DNA of 44,873 nucleotides, taken from Nitrospiraceae bacterium (GTDB taxonomy: Bacteria; Nitrospirota; Nitrospiria; Nitrospirales; Nitrospiraceae). The position numbers and the translations under genes are program-made. Below, one piece after another: positions 33,593 to 42,772 of this stretch; the stretch's first letter is position 1, and each line of letters begins with the position of its first letter. The DNA is taken from NCBI GenBank assembly GCA_035632975.1, contig DASQFV010000099.1, positions 1 through 44,873 of the forward strand, written 5' to 3'. Below the pieces are notes generated by a model. The model saw nothing but the letters and a program-made list of their open reading frames with translations. It was not told the origin of the DNA and ran no database searches.

Positions 33593-35917
33593 TTGGAATC
33601 CGCAGTGGACCGGCTTGAGTTTGTGACAGTCGAAGGGCTTCTGGCCTACGGAGAGATGCTGGCGCGTCGTACCGCCGGTGAGGGAATTGCGCTCCCACCT
33701 ATCCCGACTTCCTCAATCGATCGACCACAGCGAACTCGCGACGCCATGGAGAAGATCAGGGCGTTTGTGCGCCGTGCATCAGGGGGCTTTCCCGGGGCGG
33801 AGGAGTATCGGGCTACCCGTCGCGCGGTGATCGAAGAGGGTTGCCGGGGCGATGAACTGGTGTTCTTTGCCGCCTGGAATGCTCTTCTCGCGGCAGGCGA
33901 GTTGACCCCGCTCTTCCGCGTGCCGATCGGGTCAGTGCAGAAGCCGGCGCATCGCCGGCCGGTGGCTATCGTGCCGCGCGCGCAACTGACGCCACAGTTG
34001 GTCGAGGATCGTATCGTGCTGGACTTGGGCGAGGATCGGTTTTGGCTTTTGCCGCGCGATTTAACCGGTCGCACGCTCCTGTTCACGATGCGTCATGGTA
34101 TCTCACGCGTGGAGAGCGGCACCTATCGAGTCGGGCGCCGCCTCGCGAACGTGTTGGATCCTGAGCGAGGCGTCCCCAAAGCCGACGCAGTCGGTGCAGC
34201 CCTGGCTCGGATGCTGGGCGTGGTCGGGCAACAATTGGACTTCCTGCGCATTGACAACTACCTTGATCCGCGCACCTTCGTTCATCTGGTGAGCCAGAGC
34301 CCCAATACGCGGCAACTGTATGAGCGGGTGATCGCGAAGCTGATGCAGGCGCAAGCGCACCATGCTGAGGCACTCTCACCCGCCTGTGATCCCTCATTAG
34401 ACTCCCAGGATTTCGGATGGGTGACAGGTCTGGAGAAGAAGGTGGAAGCCGAGGAGGCCGCAAAGGCATTCGGGGTGGACGTGCAGACTGCCAAGCGCCT
34501 GATCAAACATCCCCTCTACAGCTACCCGGGCGGACATTCCTTCTTCGATGTCTATGTGGATATTGTCGATGGCTTCCGCCGGTTGGGTCATTCTCACCAG
34601 GGGAAGGCCGTGTGTGTGTACAGCCACAGCTCCACGCTCCGGGCGCTCATGATTTATCTCGATCCTCGTCCCTTTCGCGAAGCCTTCACCGAGTTTGGCG
34701 AATATAAGGAGGGACAGGATAACGTCGTTCTGCTGACCTACGAACAGGGACTCTTATCCGGCTATTCCACCGCCGTGGGTCTGTCAGCGCGGGAACGGGC
34801 GGCGCGGGAGACCTGGGTGAAGGTCGAGCGTGAACGCAGAGACCGGATCACGCTCAAGCCCCGACAGATCAAGCGGATCGTGGCATTGGTTTCGGGTGGC
34901 GATTTCGCCGGTGCCGGCGCCGCGTTGAAAGAACTGCGCGTGACAGGACACCGGTTTGGCCTGGAAGTCTACTTCGCCCGGCACGGGTTCTTAGGTCTGG
35001 CCAACAACTGGATCGAAGCGGTGACTGAGGACGATACCCGCGGTATGGGCAGCCATGCGAGCAGTCCGATTGGGAGCAGCCGCTTCGAAGATTTCAAGGA
35101 CGAGCAAGTGCAGCAGGCCACCATGCGGCATCTCAAGCCATACATGGAAGACGGCGCCTTAGTGGTCATTGGTGGGGACGGGAGTCTGCGAGGAGCGCGG
35201 GCGCTCTACGAAGGATTTGGGGTCCAGGCAGTAGGGTTGCCAGGCACGATCGATAATAATCTCGCGGGGACGACCTCCCTGGGTTTTCATTCGGCCGTGT
35301 CTCTTGCGAATCAATCCATCGAGTCGCTGAAGGCCACTAGTTCCGCCATGGGCAGCGTCTTTTTCGTCGAGATTATGGGGGCGGGATCCGGCCATCTCGC
35401 CCTCGCCTGTGCGTATCAGGCCAGAGCTGAAGGCCTCTTGGTCAACGAGCATCCCGATCCCGACGCGTATATCGACGACTTCATCCTGGGCACGCTCAAC
35501 CGCACCTTGGGCGTCGCGAACAAAAGCCATCTGTTTGTGGTGGCAGAACAGACGCCCCATCGCCATCACCCCGATGGCGGCGTGCGCGGTCTTGTCGAGT
35601 ATGTCGCCAGCACACTTACCACGTGGCCACAGTTTCAGGCACGCCCCGGTGAATATTGCCTCGCCCCTGCAACCAAAGCCACGATTCTCGGGCACACGTT
35701 ACGGGGAGCGCCCCCGACCCCCGAGGACAAGACCATCGGACAAGATCTGGCCTATGAAGCGATTCGCCGTCTCGTCAAGGAGCCGGAGCGGGTGGTCGGA
35801 TGCATGTTGGCCTATCGCGGGCCAGGCACTATCGAGGCGATCCCACTCCACGCTGTGGCACCAAAGCAGTTCGACTGGGAGATCTTCGCCCGAATGCACG
35901 GAAGCGAGCTTCCGTAG
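33593..35917 (+). CDS. Three-part fusion: unknown N-domain, histidine phosphatase (PGAM-like), divergent phosphofructokinase-like domain
   Basis: RHG motif LLFTMRHGISRVES and the second His region VYSHSSTLRAL. PFK-family motifs are SGGDFAGAGAA, VVIGGDGSLRGA, LPGTIDNNLAGT and VEIMGAGSGHLAL. The TTG start is uncertain. Confidence 0.7.
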   Translation: MESAVDRLEFVTVEGLLAYGEMLARRTAGEGIALPPIPTSSIDRPQRTRDAMEKIRAFVRRASGGFPGAEEYRATRRAVIEEGCRGDELVFFAAWNALLAAGELTPLFRVPIGSVQKPAHRRPVAIVPRAQLTPQLVEDRIVLDLGEDRFWLLPRDLTGRTLLFTMRHGISRVESGTYRVGRRLANVLDPERGVPKADAVGAALARMLGVVGQQLDFLRIDNYLDPRTFVHLVSQSPNTRQLYERVIAKLMQAQAHHAEALSPACDPSLDSQDFGWVTGLEKKVEAEEAAKAFGVDVQTAKRLIKHPLYSYPGGHSFFDVYVDIVDGFRRLGHSHQGKAVCVYSHSSTLRALMIYLDPRPFREAFTEFGEYKEGQDNVVLLTYEQGLLSGYSTAVGLSARERAARETWVKVERERRDRITLKPRQIKRIVALVSGGDFAGAGAALKELRVTGHRFGLEVYFARHGFLGLANNWIEAVTEDDTRGMGSHASSPIGSSRFEDFKDEQVQQATMRHLKPYMEDGALVVIGGDGSLRGARALYEGFGVQAVGLPGTIDNNLAGTTSLGFHSAVSLANQSIESLKATSSAMGSVFFVEIMGAGSGHLALACAYQARAEGLLVNEHPDPDAYIDDFILGTLNRTLGVANKSHLFVVAEQTPHRHHPDGGVRGLVEYVASTLTTWPQFQARPGEYCLAPATKATILGHTLRGAPPTPEDKTIGQDLAYEAIRRLVKEPERVVGCMLAYRGPGTIEAIPLHAVAPKQFDWEIFARMHGSELP

Positions 35918-36082
35918 CGGGGTTGCGTTGTGGGCGTAGAGGTCGTTTGCTAGAATGGCATTCCTGGACAACATCGCGAGAAGAGCGAAACCCTCGAACT
36001 TCGGGCCTCGAACCCTCGCTCGTCCCGTCTGTCTCGAGCGGCGCGCATCCCGATTGACCAATGACCAGTAACAGCATTGTCT

Positions 36083-37534
36083 ATGCGTAAAGCTAAAATC
36101 GTGTGCACCATTGGCCCCGCCAGCGATTCGCCCGCCTTGCTGGATCAATTAATTGAAAGCGGCATGGACGTGGCGCGCCTCAACTTTTCTCATGGGACCC
36201 ACGATTCGCATGCGCGCGCGGTCAAGGCCATTCGCGACGCAGCGGATCGTCGGCATGTGGCGGTGGCGATCATCCAGGACCTGCAAGGACCGAGGATCCG
36301 GGTTGGAGAAGTCGATCAGGGCGGGCTCGATCTGGGTGCCGGCCAGACTGTGAGGATGGTGACGACTCTGCTCCGGTCAGGCGGTCAACTCGGCGCACAG
36401 TCTATCGCTCCGTCCGGCATGCTTGAGATTCCGGTGTCGTACCAATACCTGGTGCGGGATGTCCAGCCAGGCGCCCGTATCCTGATTGACGATGGGTTAA
36501 TCGAGCTGATTGCTGATCGGATTATCGGCGGCACCGTCGAGTGCGGAGTCGTGACCGGCGGACGACTCACCTCGCACAAGGGCATGAACTTGCCGGATAC
36601 TCGCATCAGCTCCCCCACTCTGACAGACAAAGATCGGGAGGATCTCCGGTTCGGCATCGCGCAAGGGGTGGACTATGTGGCCGTCTCGTTTGTCAGAGGT
36701 CCCGATGACGTAGTGGCCGCAAGGAAATTAGTGTCCGACTGGGGCGGCGACATGCCGATCATTGCGAAGATTGAAAGGCCGGAAGCGATTGAGTGCTTGG
36801 ACGAGATTCTTGATCAGGCGGACGGCGTGATGGTCGCGCGAGGCGATCTGGGAGTGGAGATGGGGCCGGAGGCGGTTCCGCTCCTACAGAAGCGCATTAT
36901 CGCCGAAGCCAACCGCCGCCGCCGCCTCGTGATCACGGCCACTCAGATGCTGGAGTCCATGACGCACCACACGCGCCCGACAAGGGCCGAAGCGTCGGAT
37001 GTGGCTAATGCCGTGCTCGATGGGACCGATGCAGTCATGCTTTCCTCAGAAACGGCGATCGGACAGCACCCGGTTGAAACAGTCCGTGTCATGGACCGAA
37101 TCGTTCGAGCCGCAGAAGCAGGGACTCGACCGGGGCATACGCGCTCGTCCGACGCGCCACGGGGAGCCGGCTCATTCCCGGAAGCCATTTGCAATTCGGC
37201 CTCTTCTGCAGCATCGGTCATTGGGGCGAGCGTCATCGTGGCATTTAGCGAACGGGGTACGACCGCGCGCTTGCTGTCGAAGCAGCGACCTGACTCGTCA
37301 ATTGTTTCATTGACTCCATATGAGTCCGTACGGCGGCGGATGGCGCTGTACTGGGGGGTGATTCCTCACAGGATGCGGCAGATCACTCAAACCGATGAGC
37401 GGATCGATGAAGCGGAACGCCGCCTGAAGACCGAGGGACTGGCGACAACGGGACAGCGGATCGTGATTCTATCAGGGACCAGGATTGGTCAGCCCGGGGA
37501 GACGAATTTCATGAAGCTACACACAGTCAGGTGA
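36083..37534 (+). CDS. pyk: Pyruvate kinase
   Basis: MRKAKIVCTIGPAS, RLNFSHG, MVARGDLGVE and VMLSSETA. Confidence 0.95.
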   Translation: MRKAKIVCTIGPASDSPALLDQLIESGMDVARLNFSHGTHDSHARAVKAIRDAADRRHVAVAIIQDLQGPRIRVGEVDQGGLDLGAGQTVRMVTTLLRSGGQLGAQSIAPSGMLEIPVSYQYLVRDVQPGARILIDDGLIELIADRIIGGTVECGVVTGGRLTSHKGMNLPDTRISSPTLTDKDREDLRFGIAQGVDYVAVSFVRGPDDVVAARKLVSDWGGDMPIIAKIERPEAIECLDEILDQADGVMVARGDLGVEMGPEAVPLLQKRIIAEANRRRRLVITATQMLESMTHHTRPTRAEASDVANAVLDGTDAVMLSSETAIGQHPVETVRVMDRIVRAAEAGTRPGHTRSSDAPRGAGSFPEAICNSASSAASVIGASVIVAFSERGTTARLLSKQRPDSSIVSLTPYESVRRRMALYWGVIPHRMRQITQTDERIDEAERRLKTEGLATTGQRIVILSGTRIGQPGETNFMKLHTVR

Positions 37535-37702
37535 GCGAAAGCGGATGATTGGCCACCCGCACAACGCCAGCGGACTAAGAGCTCCATTCCGCCCGAGCGC
37601 ATGCAGGCTGTTCAAAAAGGCGAGGAGGTACGTACCGCACTTCGTGTGGGCCGCTCGCTCTGGTCCCCCGGGGGAGTACAGATTAGAAGAAAAGAGCACA
37701 CG

Positions 37703-38263
37703 ATGACACCCAACATTGTGGGGCGGCTAGCGTTTATTCTGTGTCAGTTGCTTGCCCTAGTATTGTCGGCCGGAGATGGGCTCGCGCAGACCGGATCCCT
37801 CACGCACTCGCCTTCTGATGTGGTGAAACGATATCTGGCGCTTGATTATAAGGGGGCGCGGCTTGATGCCATCTCGGTCGAGACGGTTACGGCCTACACG
37901 AGTTGGAATGAGGAGCCGGTCTGGGGGCATGTCGTCGTGACGCGAGGTTTTGTGGTGGCGGAGCAGTATCGCCAATGGGAGGTGATCGATAGTCTGGAAG
38001 TCGTGATTCCGGTAACCTTTCAGGTGATAGGCTCGGTATATCTGGAAACCGCCGGTTTCGTCCAGGAGGTTGAGACAGAAGAGGTACGGTTTCGCGTGAA
38101 AGCCGTGAAGAGGCGATGGAGGATTGTCGAGCCGAAGCTTCCCCCTCACGTGGGACTGAAGCGGATGGTGAATCTCGTGCGCGAAGCCTGGATGAAGGAA
38201 ACCGATCCGGCGAAGCGAGACCGTCTTGGGGCGTTGCAGGACGAGTTACGAAAGGCAAAATAA
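37703..38263 (+). CDS. Secreted hypothetical protein
   Basis: The ATG at 37703 is followed by the signal peptide LAFILCQLLALVLSAGDGLAQ. The stop overlaps the next ATG (TAATG). Confidence 0.55.
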   Translation: MTPNIVGRLAFILCQLLALVLSAGDGLAQTGSLTHSPSDVVKRYLALDYKGARLDAISVETVTAYTSWNEEPVWGHVVVTRGFVVAEQYRQWEVIDSLEVVIPVTFQVIGSVYLETAGFVQEVETEEVRFRVKAVKRRWRIVEPKLPPHVGLKRMVNLVREAWMKETDPAKRDRLGALQDELRKAK

Positions 38264-38913
38264 TGATGGGCAAGACCTCGGTGGAGCTGTTGATCTTCGA
38301 CCTGGATGGGACGCTCATCGAGTCCAAATGGGACATTGCCGCGTCGGTGAACCTGACGTTGGCCGAGCTGGGGCTGCCGCAGCGGCCGATCGAGGAAATC
38401 TTTGGGTTTGTGGGGGATGGGGTGAAACAATTGTTGCGCTTGTCGGTCGGCGAGGGCAGTCTGGTCACCTTCGACGAGGCATTGCGGGTGTTCAAGGGCC
38501 AGTACTTGGCCCATTGCCTCGATCGCACGACATTCTATCCCGGTGTTGAACAGGCGCTTGTCCACTTCGAGCGAAAGCGCAAAGCGGTGGCGACCAACAA
38601 ATCGATCGAGTACACAAACGTGATTCTCAAAGGATTGGGGGCACATCATTTCCAGTGTGTCGTCGGCGGGGACAACGGATTCGGACTGAAGCCGGAACCT
38701 GGCATGCTGTTGCATGTGATGGAACAACTGAATGTGCCGAGAGAACAGACCGTACTCGTCGGGGACAGCACCAACGACATCAACGGCGGGCATAATGCGG
38801 GTATCCGCGTCTGCGCAGTCGGCTATGGTATGGGGAATCGGGAGAAGATGGCCGCTTGCCGTCCGGATTGGTTTATTGAACGACCGGAAGAATTACTGGA
38901 GCTCTTTATATGA
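38263..38913 (+). CDS. gph: HAD-superfamily hydrolase (phosphoglycolate phosphatase-like)
   Basis: Motif I LLIFDLDGTLIES, ATNKS, and motif IV VGDSTNDINGGHNAG. Confidence 0.8.
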   Translation: MMGKTSVELLIFDLDGTLIESKWDIAASVNLTLAELGLPQRPIEEIFGFVGDGVKQLLRLSVGEGSLVTFDEALRVFKGQYLAHCLDRTTFYPGVEQALVHFERKRKAVATNKSIEYTNVILKGLGAHHFQCVVGGDNGFGLKPEPGMLLHVMEQLNVPREQTVLVGDSTNDINGGHNAGIRVCAVGYGMGNREKMAACRPDWFIERPEELLELFI

Positions 38914-40586
38914 CGACTCAAGCGTCGCTCGTGAAACGAAGTCCGCCACGGAGGACTGCGATGAGCAATCGGGATCTCTTCCTCAACAGAGGGTTTTCAA
39001 TCCTCGTCACGTTTCACGTTTCACGTTTTACGATGTTGCTCTTCATTTTCACCGCCAGCCTCAGCCTGAACCTTACCCTATTGCATGCCGCCTCGCCCGG
39101 CCTGGCGGATCGTGTGGTGGAACAGAAATTGACGAATGGATTGACCATCCTCATGGTCGAACGACATCAGACACCGGTGGTCTCCCTCAACATGACCTTC
39201 GGCGTCGGGGGAGTAAACGAACAGGTGGGGCAAACCGGCCTGGCGCATCTCTACGAACATATGGCGTTCAAGGGTACGAGGACGGTCGGGACGAAGAATT
39301 ACGAGAAAGAACGCCCCATTCTCGAAGAATGGTATCGAGTGGGGACCGAGCTGGAGCAGCGGCAACGGGAGCTCGCACGGAAGAGTCAGGAGAGACCGGC
39401 CGGTCCCGAGGATCGGACCGCCATCGAGGCGCTGCAGAAACGATTTACGGAACTACAAGAACAGGCAGGACAGTTCGTGGCGGGTAATGAGATGGCCTTA
39501 CTCTACCAACGCCACGGAGGGATCGGGCTCAATGCAGCGACCGGCAAGGACCTGACTCGCTATATGATCAGCCTCCCGGCGAATCGTCTGCCGCTGTGGG
39601 CTGTGCTCGAAGCCGATCGAATGGCGCATCCGGTACTCCGCGAATTCTACAAAGAACGCGGAGTAGTCATGGAGGAGCGACGGTTGCGGAATGACGACAG
39701 CCCCAGCGGGCTGTTGTTTGAAACCTTCACCTCGGCTGCCTTCCGCGCACATCCGTATGGCATTCCGACGATCGGCTGGGAGTCGGACATCCTGTCGCTC
39801 ACGCCGGCCGACACCGAAGCCTTCTTCAAAGCCTATTACGGTCCCGGCAATGCAACGATTGCCATCGTGGGCGATATTGATCCGAAGGACGTCATGACCT
39901 TGATCGAGCAGACGTTCGGCAAGATAGCGGCCGCACCTCCGCAACCTCCGGTCGTCACCATTGAGCCGCCTCAACGAGGGGAGCGCCGCGTGGAGGTGGA
40001 GTTCGATGCCGAACCGTCGGTGGTCATCGGGTTTCACAAGCCATCGTTGGGACATCCCGATGACTATGTCTTCGACGTGATCGACGCGGTGTTAAGCGAC
40101 GGACTCACCTCCCGGCTCTATGCGAATCTGGTCCGCGAGAAACGGATCGCCGCCGCGGTGAACTCCGATTCGAACTATCCGGGGGTCCTTGCTCCGAATC
40201 TGTTCGTGCTCAGTGCCACACCGCTTGCGCCCCATACGACGGCAGAAGTCGAAGCGGCCATCTATGCCGAGCTCGAACGACTCAAGACGGAGCCGGTCTC
40301 CGCCAAGGAGTTTGAGAAAGTGCTGAATAACCTCGATGCCGATTTGGTGCGGGCGCTTCGATCCAACGGAGGTCTTGCTTCTCAATTGGCGCTGTATCAG
40401 ACGGTAGCGAGAGACTGGCGCTACGTGTTAAAGGCTCGGGACAAAATTGCGGCCGTGACGCCGGCGGATATCCAGCGAGTGGCAGCTGAGTATTTCATAA
40501 AGTCGAACCGGACAGTGGCCACGTTGGTGAAAAAGGCCGGCGAGAAGAACGTCGCGACGGCCCCGCAGCACGAGGTGGCGCGATGA
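38910..40586 (+). CDS. M16 (pitrilysin/insulinase) family zinc peptidase, catalytic subunit
   Basis: Inverted zinc motif HxxEH in GLAHLYEHMAFKGT. ATGA overlap with the upstream stop. The alternative start ATG at 39033 precedes a signal peptide. Confidence 0.85.
   Translation: MTTQASLVKRSPPRRTAMSNRDLFLNRGFSILVTFHVSRFTMLLFIFTASLSLNLTLLHAASPGLADRVVEQKLTNGLTILMVERHQTPVVSLNMTFGVGGVNEQVGQTGLAHLYEHMAFKGTRTVGTKNYEKERPILEEWYRVGTELEQRQRELARKSQERPAGPEDRTAIEALQKRFTELQEQAGQFVAGNEMALLYQRHGGIGLNAATGKDLTRYMISLPANRLPLWAVLEADRMAHPVLREFYKERGVVMEERRLRNDDSPSGLLFETFTSAAFRAHPYGIPTIGWESDILSLTPADTEAFFKAYYGPGNATIAIVGDIDPKDVMTLIEQTFGKIAAAPPQPPVVTIEPPQRGERRVEVEFDAEPSVVIGFHKPSLGHPDDYVFDVIDAVLSDGLTSRLYANLVREKRIAAAVNSDSNYPGVLAPNLFVLSATPLAPHTTAEVEAAIYAELERLKTEPVSAKEFEKVLNNLDADLVRALRSNGGLASQLALYQTVARDWRYVLKARDKIAAVTPADIQRVAAEYFIKSNRTVATLVKKAGEKNVATAPQHEVAR
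39005..39032 (+). repeat. Tandem heptamer repeat (CGTCACG TTTCACG TTTCACG TTTTACG)
   Basis: Four 7-nt units ending at the ATG at 39033, which starts the signal-peptide-like MLLFIFTASLSL. Confidence 0.7.
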
Positions 40587-42055
40587 GGGACGTGAAACGT
40601 GAAACGCGAAACGTGCAGCGATGGGGTTTCGTTCTGTGCTCGATGATCATGGCGGCCGCCATCCCGGTGCTGGCGGCCTGTGCCGGAGACCTTGCACTGG
40701 GCGATCCCAGGCGGATGACGTTTAAGCCGGTGGAGTTTACCCCGCCGGAGCCGGATCGTGTGGTGCTCGAGAATGGGATGGTCGTCTATCTCCTTGAGGA
40801 CCATGAGCTGCCCTTGATCAGCATGACTGTGACTATGCGAACTGGCAGCTGGCTCGATCCGGCAGAGAAGATCGGCATGGCTTCGTTGACCGGTTCTATC
40901 ATGCGGACAGGCGGGGGCGGCGGTCTGTCGGCTGAACGAGTGGACGAAGAACTCGAACAGTTCGCCGGGGATGTGAGCATCTCGATTGGACGGCAATCCG
41001 GTTCCGCGTCGCTCGATGTGCTCAGCAAGGACTTGAAGCGGGGGATCCAGATTTTCGCGGGACTTATTCGGACACCCGCCTTTGAGTCGGCGCGGGTTGA
41101 ATTGGCCAAGCTGCAGGTCATCGAAGGGATTCGCCGCAGGCAAGATAACCCCGGTTCGATCGTCGGACGCGAGTTCGTCAAGCTCCTGTACGGAGCGGAC
41201 CACCCGTCGGCGCGTGAAAGCAGCATCGCGTCTATCACCCGCCTCACCAGAGACGATCTGGTCGCTTTTCACCGGAAGACCATTCATCCGAACGGCATGA
41301 TGTTGGGGGTGACGGGGGACTTCGACAAGTCCGCGATGCTGGCCCTGCTGCGCGAAGTATTTGGCGATTGGAAAAAAGGCGAGGTTCCGATGCTGACGAT
41401 TGCCGACGTGTCCCAGGATCCGACGGTGAAGCCCGTTGTTCGGTTTGTGAACAAGGAGACCTCGCAAACGCATCTTCGCCTCGGTCATCTGTCGATCAAA
41501 GAGCAGGATCCCGACTATGTGGCGCTGGCGATCGCGAACGATATTCTGGGGGGCAGTTCCTTTCGCAGCCGTCTCTTCAACGACGTGCGGACCAAACGGG
41601 GCTTGGCCTACTCGGTCGGCAGCCGCTTGAACTCCGGGGTGCACGATCAAGGCGTCTGGCTGATGCGCGCAGAGACGAAGTTGCCATCGACGCAAGAGGT
41701 CATCACTCGGTTTGTCGTGAACATGGAGCGGATGCGGACCGAGTTGGTCACGGACAGCGAGCTGGCAGAAGCGAAAGAGGCCTATGTGAACTCGTTTGTG
41801 TTCTCCTTTGCCAGTTCGTCCGCGATCGTGGGGCGGTTGGTTGAGCTGGAATACGACGGGCTTCCCAGGGATTTTCTCCAGCAATTGCGTGCCCGCGTGA
41901 TCGCATTGACGAAGGATGAAATCCTGGCGGCGGCGAAGAAACATTTAAACCCCGAGCGACTGACCATTGTCGCCGTCGGGGCCGGCGAGGCCCTGCCGAA
42001 GTTGCTATCGGAATTTGGGCAAGTGAAAGAAATAAAGTTGGTTCCGGAGAGCTGA
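40583..42055 (+). CDS. M16 family peptidase, non-catalytic partner subunit (lipoprotein-like)
   Basis: M16 fold, but GMASLTGSIMRTGG occupies the position of HxxEH. Lipobox-like PVLAAC. ATGA overlap with the upstream gene. Confidence 0.8.
   Translation: MRDVKRETRNVQRWGFVLCSMIMAAAIPVLAACAGDLALGDPRRMTFKPVEFTPPEPDRVVLENGMVVYLLEDHELPLISMTVTMRTGSWLDPAEKIGMASLTGSIMRTGGGGGLSAERVDEELEQFAGDVSISIGRQSGSASLDVLSKDLKRGIQIFAGLIRTPAFESARVELAKLQVIEGIRRRQDNPGSIVGREFVKLLYGADHPSARESSIASITRLTRDDLVAFHRKTIHPNGMMLGVTGDFDKSAMLALLREVFGDWKKGEVPMLTIADVSQDPTVKPVVRFVNKETSQTHLRLGHLSIKEQDPDYVALAIANDILGGSSFRSRLFNDVRTKRGLAYSVGSRLNSGVHDQGVWLMRAETKLPSTQEVITRFVVNMERMRTELVTDSELAEAKEAYVNSFVFSFASSSAIVGRLVELEYDGLPRDFLQQLRARVIALTKDEILAAAKKHLNPERLTIVAVGAGEALPKLLSEFGQVKEIKLVPES
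40591..40618 (-). repeat. Tandem heptamer repeat, inverted orientation (CGTGAAA CGTGAAA CGCGAAA CGTGCAG)
   Basis: Four 7-nt units within codons 3-12 of the second M16 gene. It is the reverse complement of the motif at 39005. Confidence 0.7.
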
Positions 42056-42434
42056 GAGGAGAGCGGGTCCTGTCGCCGACCAGCCCGACCGGTCCGGCCA
42101 CCTCACCGGCTCGGCGGCGCGCACAAACGTGGCGCTCTTTATTCATCGCGCCGTGCGCCCTCTTGCCCCGCCCGGTGTAGGGACCCCGCTGCGGGCGGTC
42201 GGGGTCCCAGGTCGGCACCACCCACTCCAGAGAGTGAAAGCCTCCGGAGCTTTGGTGGGGAGAAGAGGGGGGATGCTCTGTCGAGGCTTGCACTCGCGCG
42301 ACCCGCACTTCAGAAATTGCTCGCTGGGCACCCGCTGATGCTGAAGGTCCTGTGTCAAGGACATCATCCTCCATCTGGATACTCTGGATGCTGAAATGAC
42401 TGCGAATGTGGCAAGTCTATGAAAGGAGGCCGCC

Positions 42435-42728
42435 ATGGTGACCTATCTGATGCTGCTCAATTGGACGGATCAGGGAATTAAGAATGTGAAGGACTCGCCG
42501 AAGCGGTTGGATGGGGTGAAGAAACTCGCGAAGGACTTGGGTGGCGAGGTCAAATCCTTCTACATGACGTTGGGGACGTACGATCTGGTGCTCATCGTCG
42601 AGATGCCCAACAACGACAAGCTGGCGAGCTTCGGCCTCAAGTTGGGATCGCTCGGCAATGTGCGGTCCACGACTCTCAGAGCCTACTCCGAGGATGACTA
42701 TCGCCGCATCATTAGCAGCCTGACCTAA
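42435..42728 (+). CDS. GYD-domain protein
   Basis: MVTYLMLLNWTDQGIKNVKDSPKRLD...TLGTYDLVLIVE, with AAAGGAGG upstream. Confidence 0.8.
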   Translation: MVTYLMLLNWTDQGIKNVKDSPKRLDGVKKLAKDLGGEVKSFYMTLGTYDLVLIVEMPNNDKLASFGLKLGSLGNVRSTTLRAYSEDDYRRIISSLT

Positions 42729-42772
42729 GATGGCCCAGGTGTGGAACGGAAGCGATAGCTGAAGGCTTGGTT

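Noticed and set aside
33297-33698. 133-aa minus-strand ORF upstream of the barstar-like gene, considered as a candidate barnase-type toxin
   Set aside because: It is R/P/S/C-rich with no RNase-like motifs. It overlaps the start of the plus-strand fusion gene and has no Shine-Dalgarno sequence.
40421-41944. 507-aa minus-strand ORF opposite the second M16 peptidase
   Set aside because: It is a shadow ORF. The plus-strand frame has M16 family architecture and operon coupling, and the minus-strand product has no motifs and a skewed R/H/P composition.
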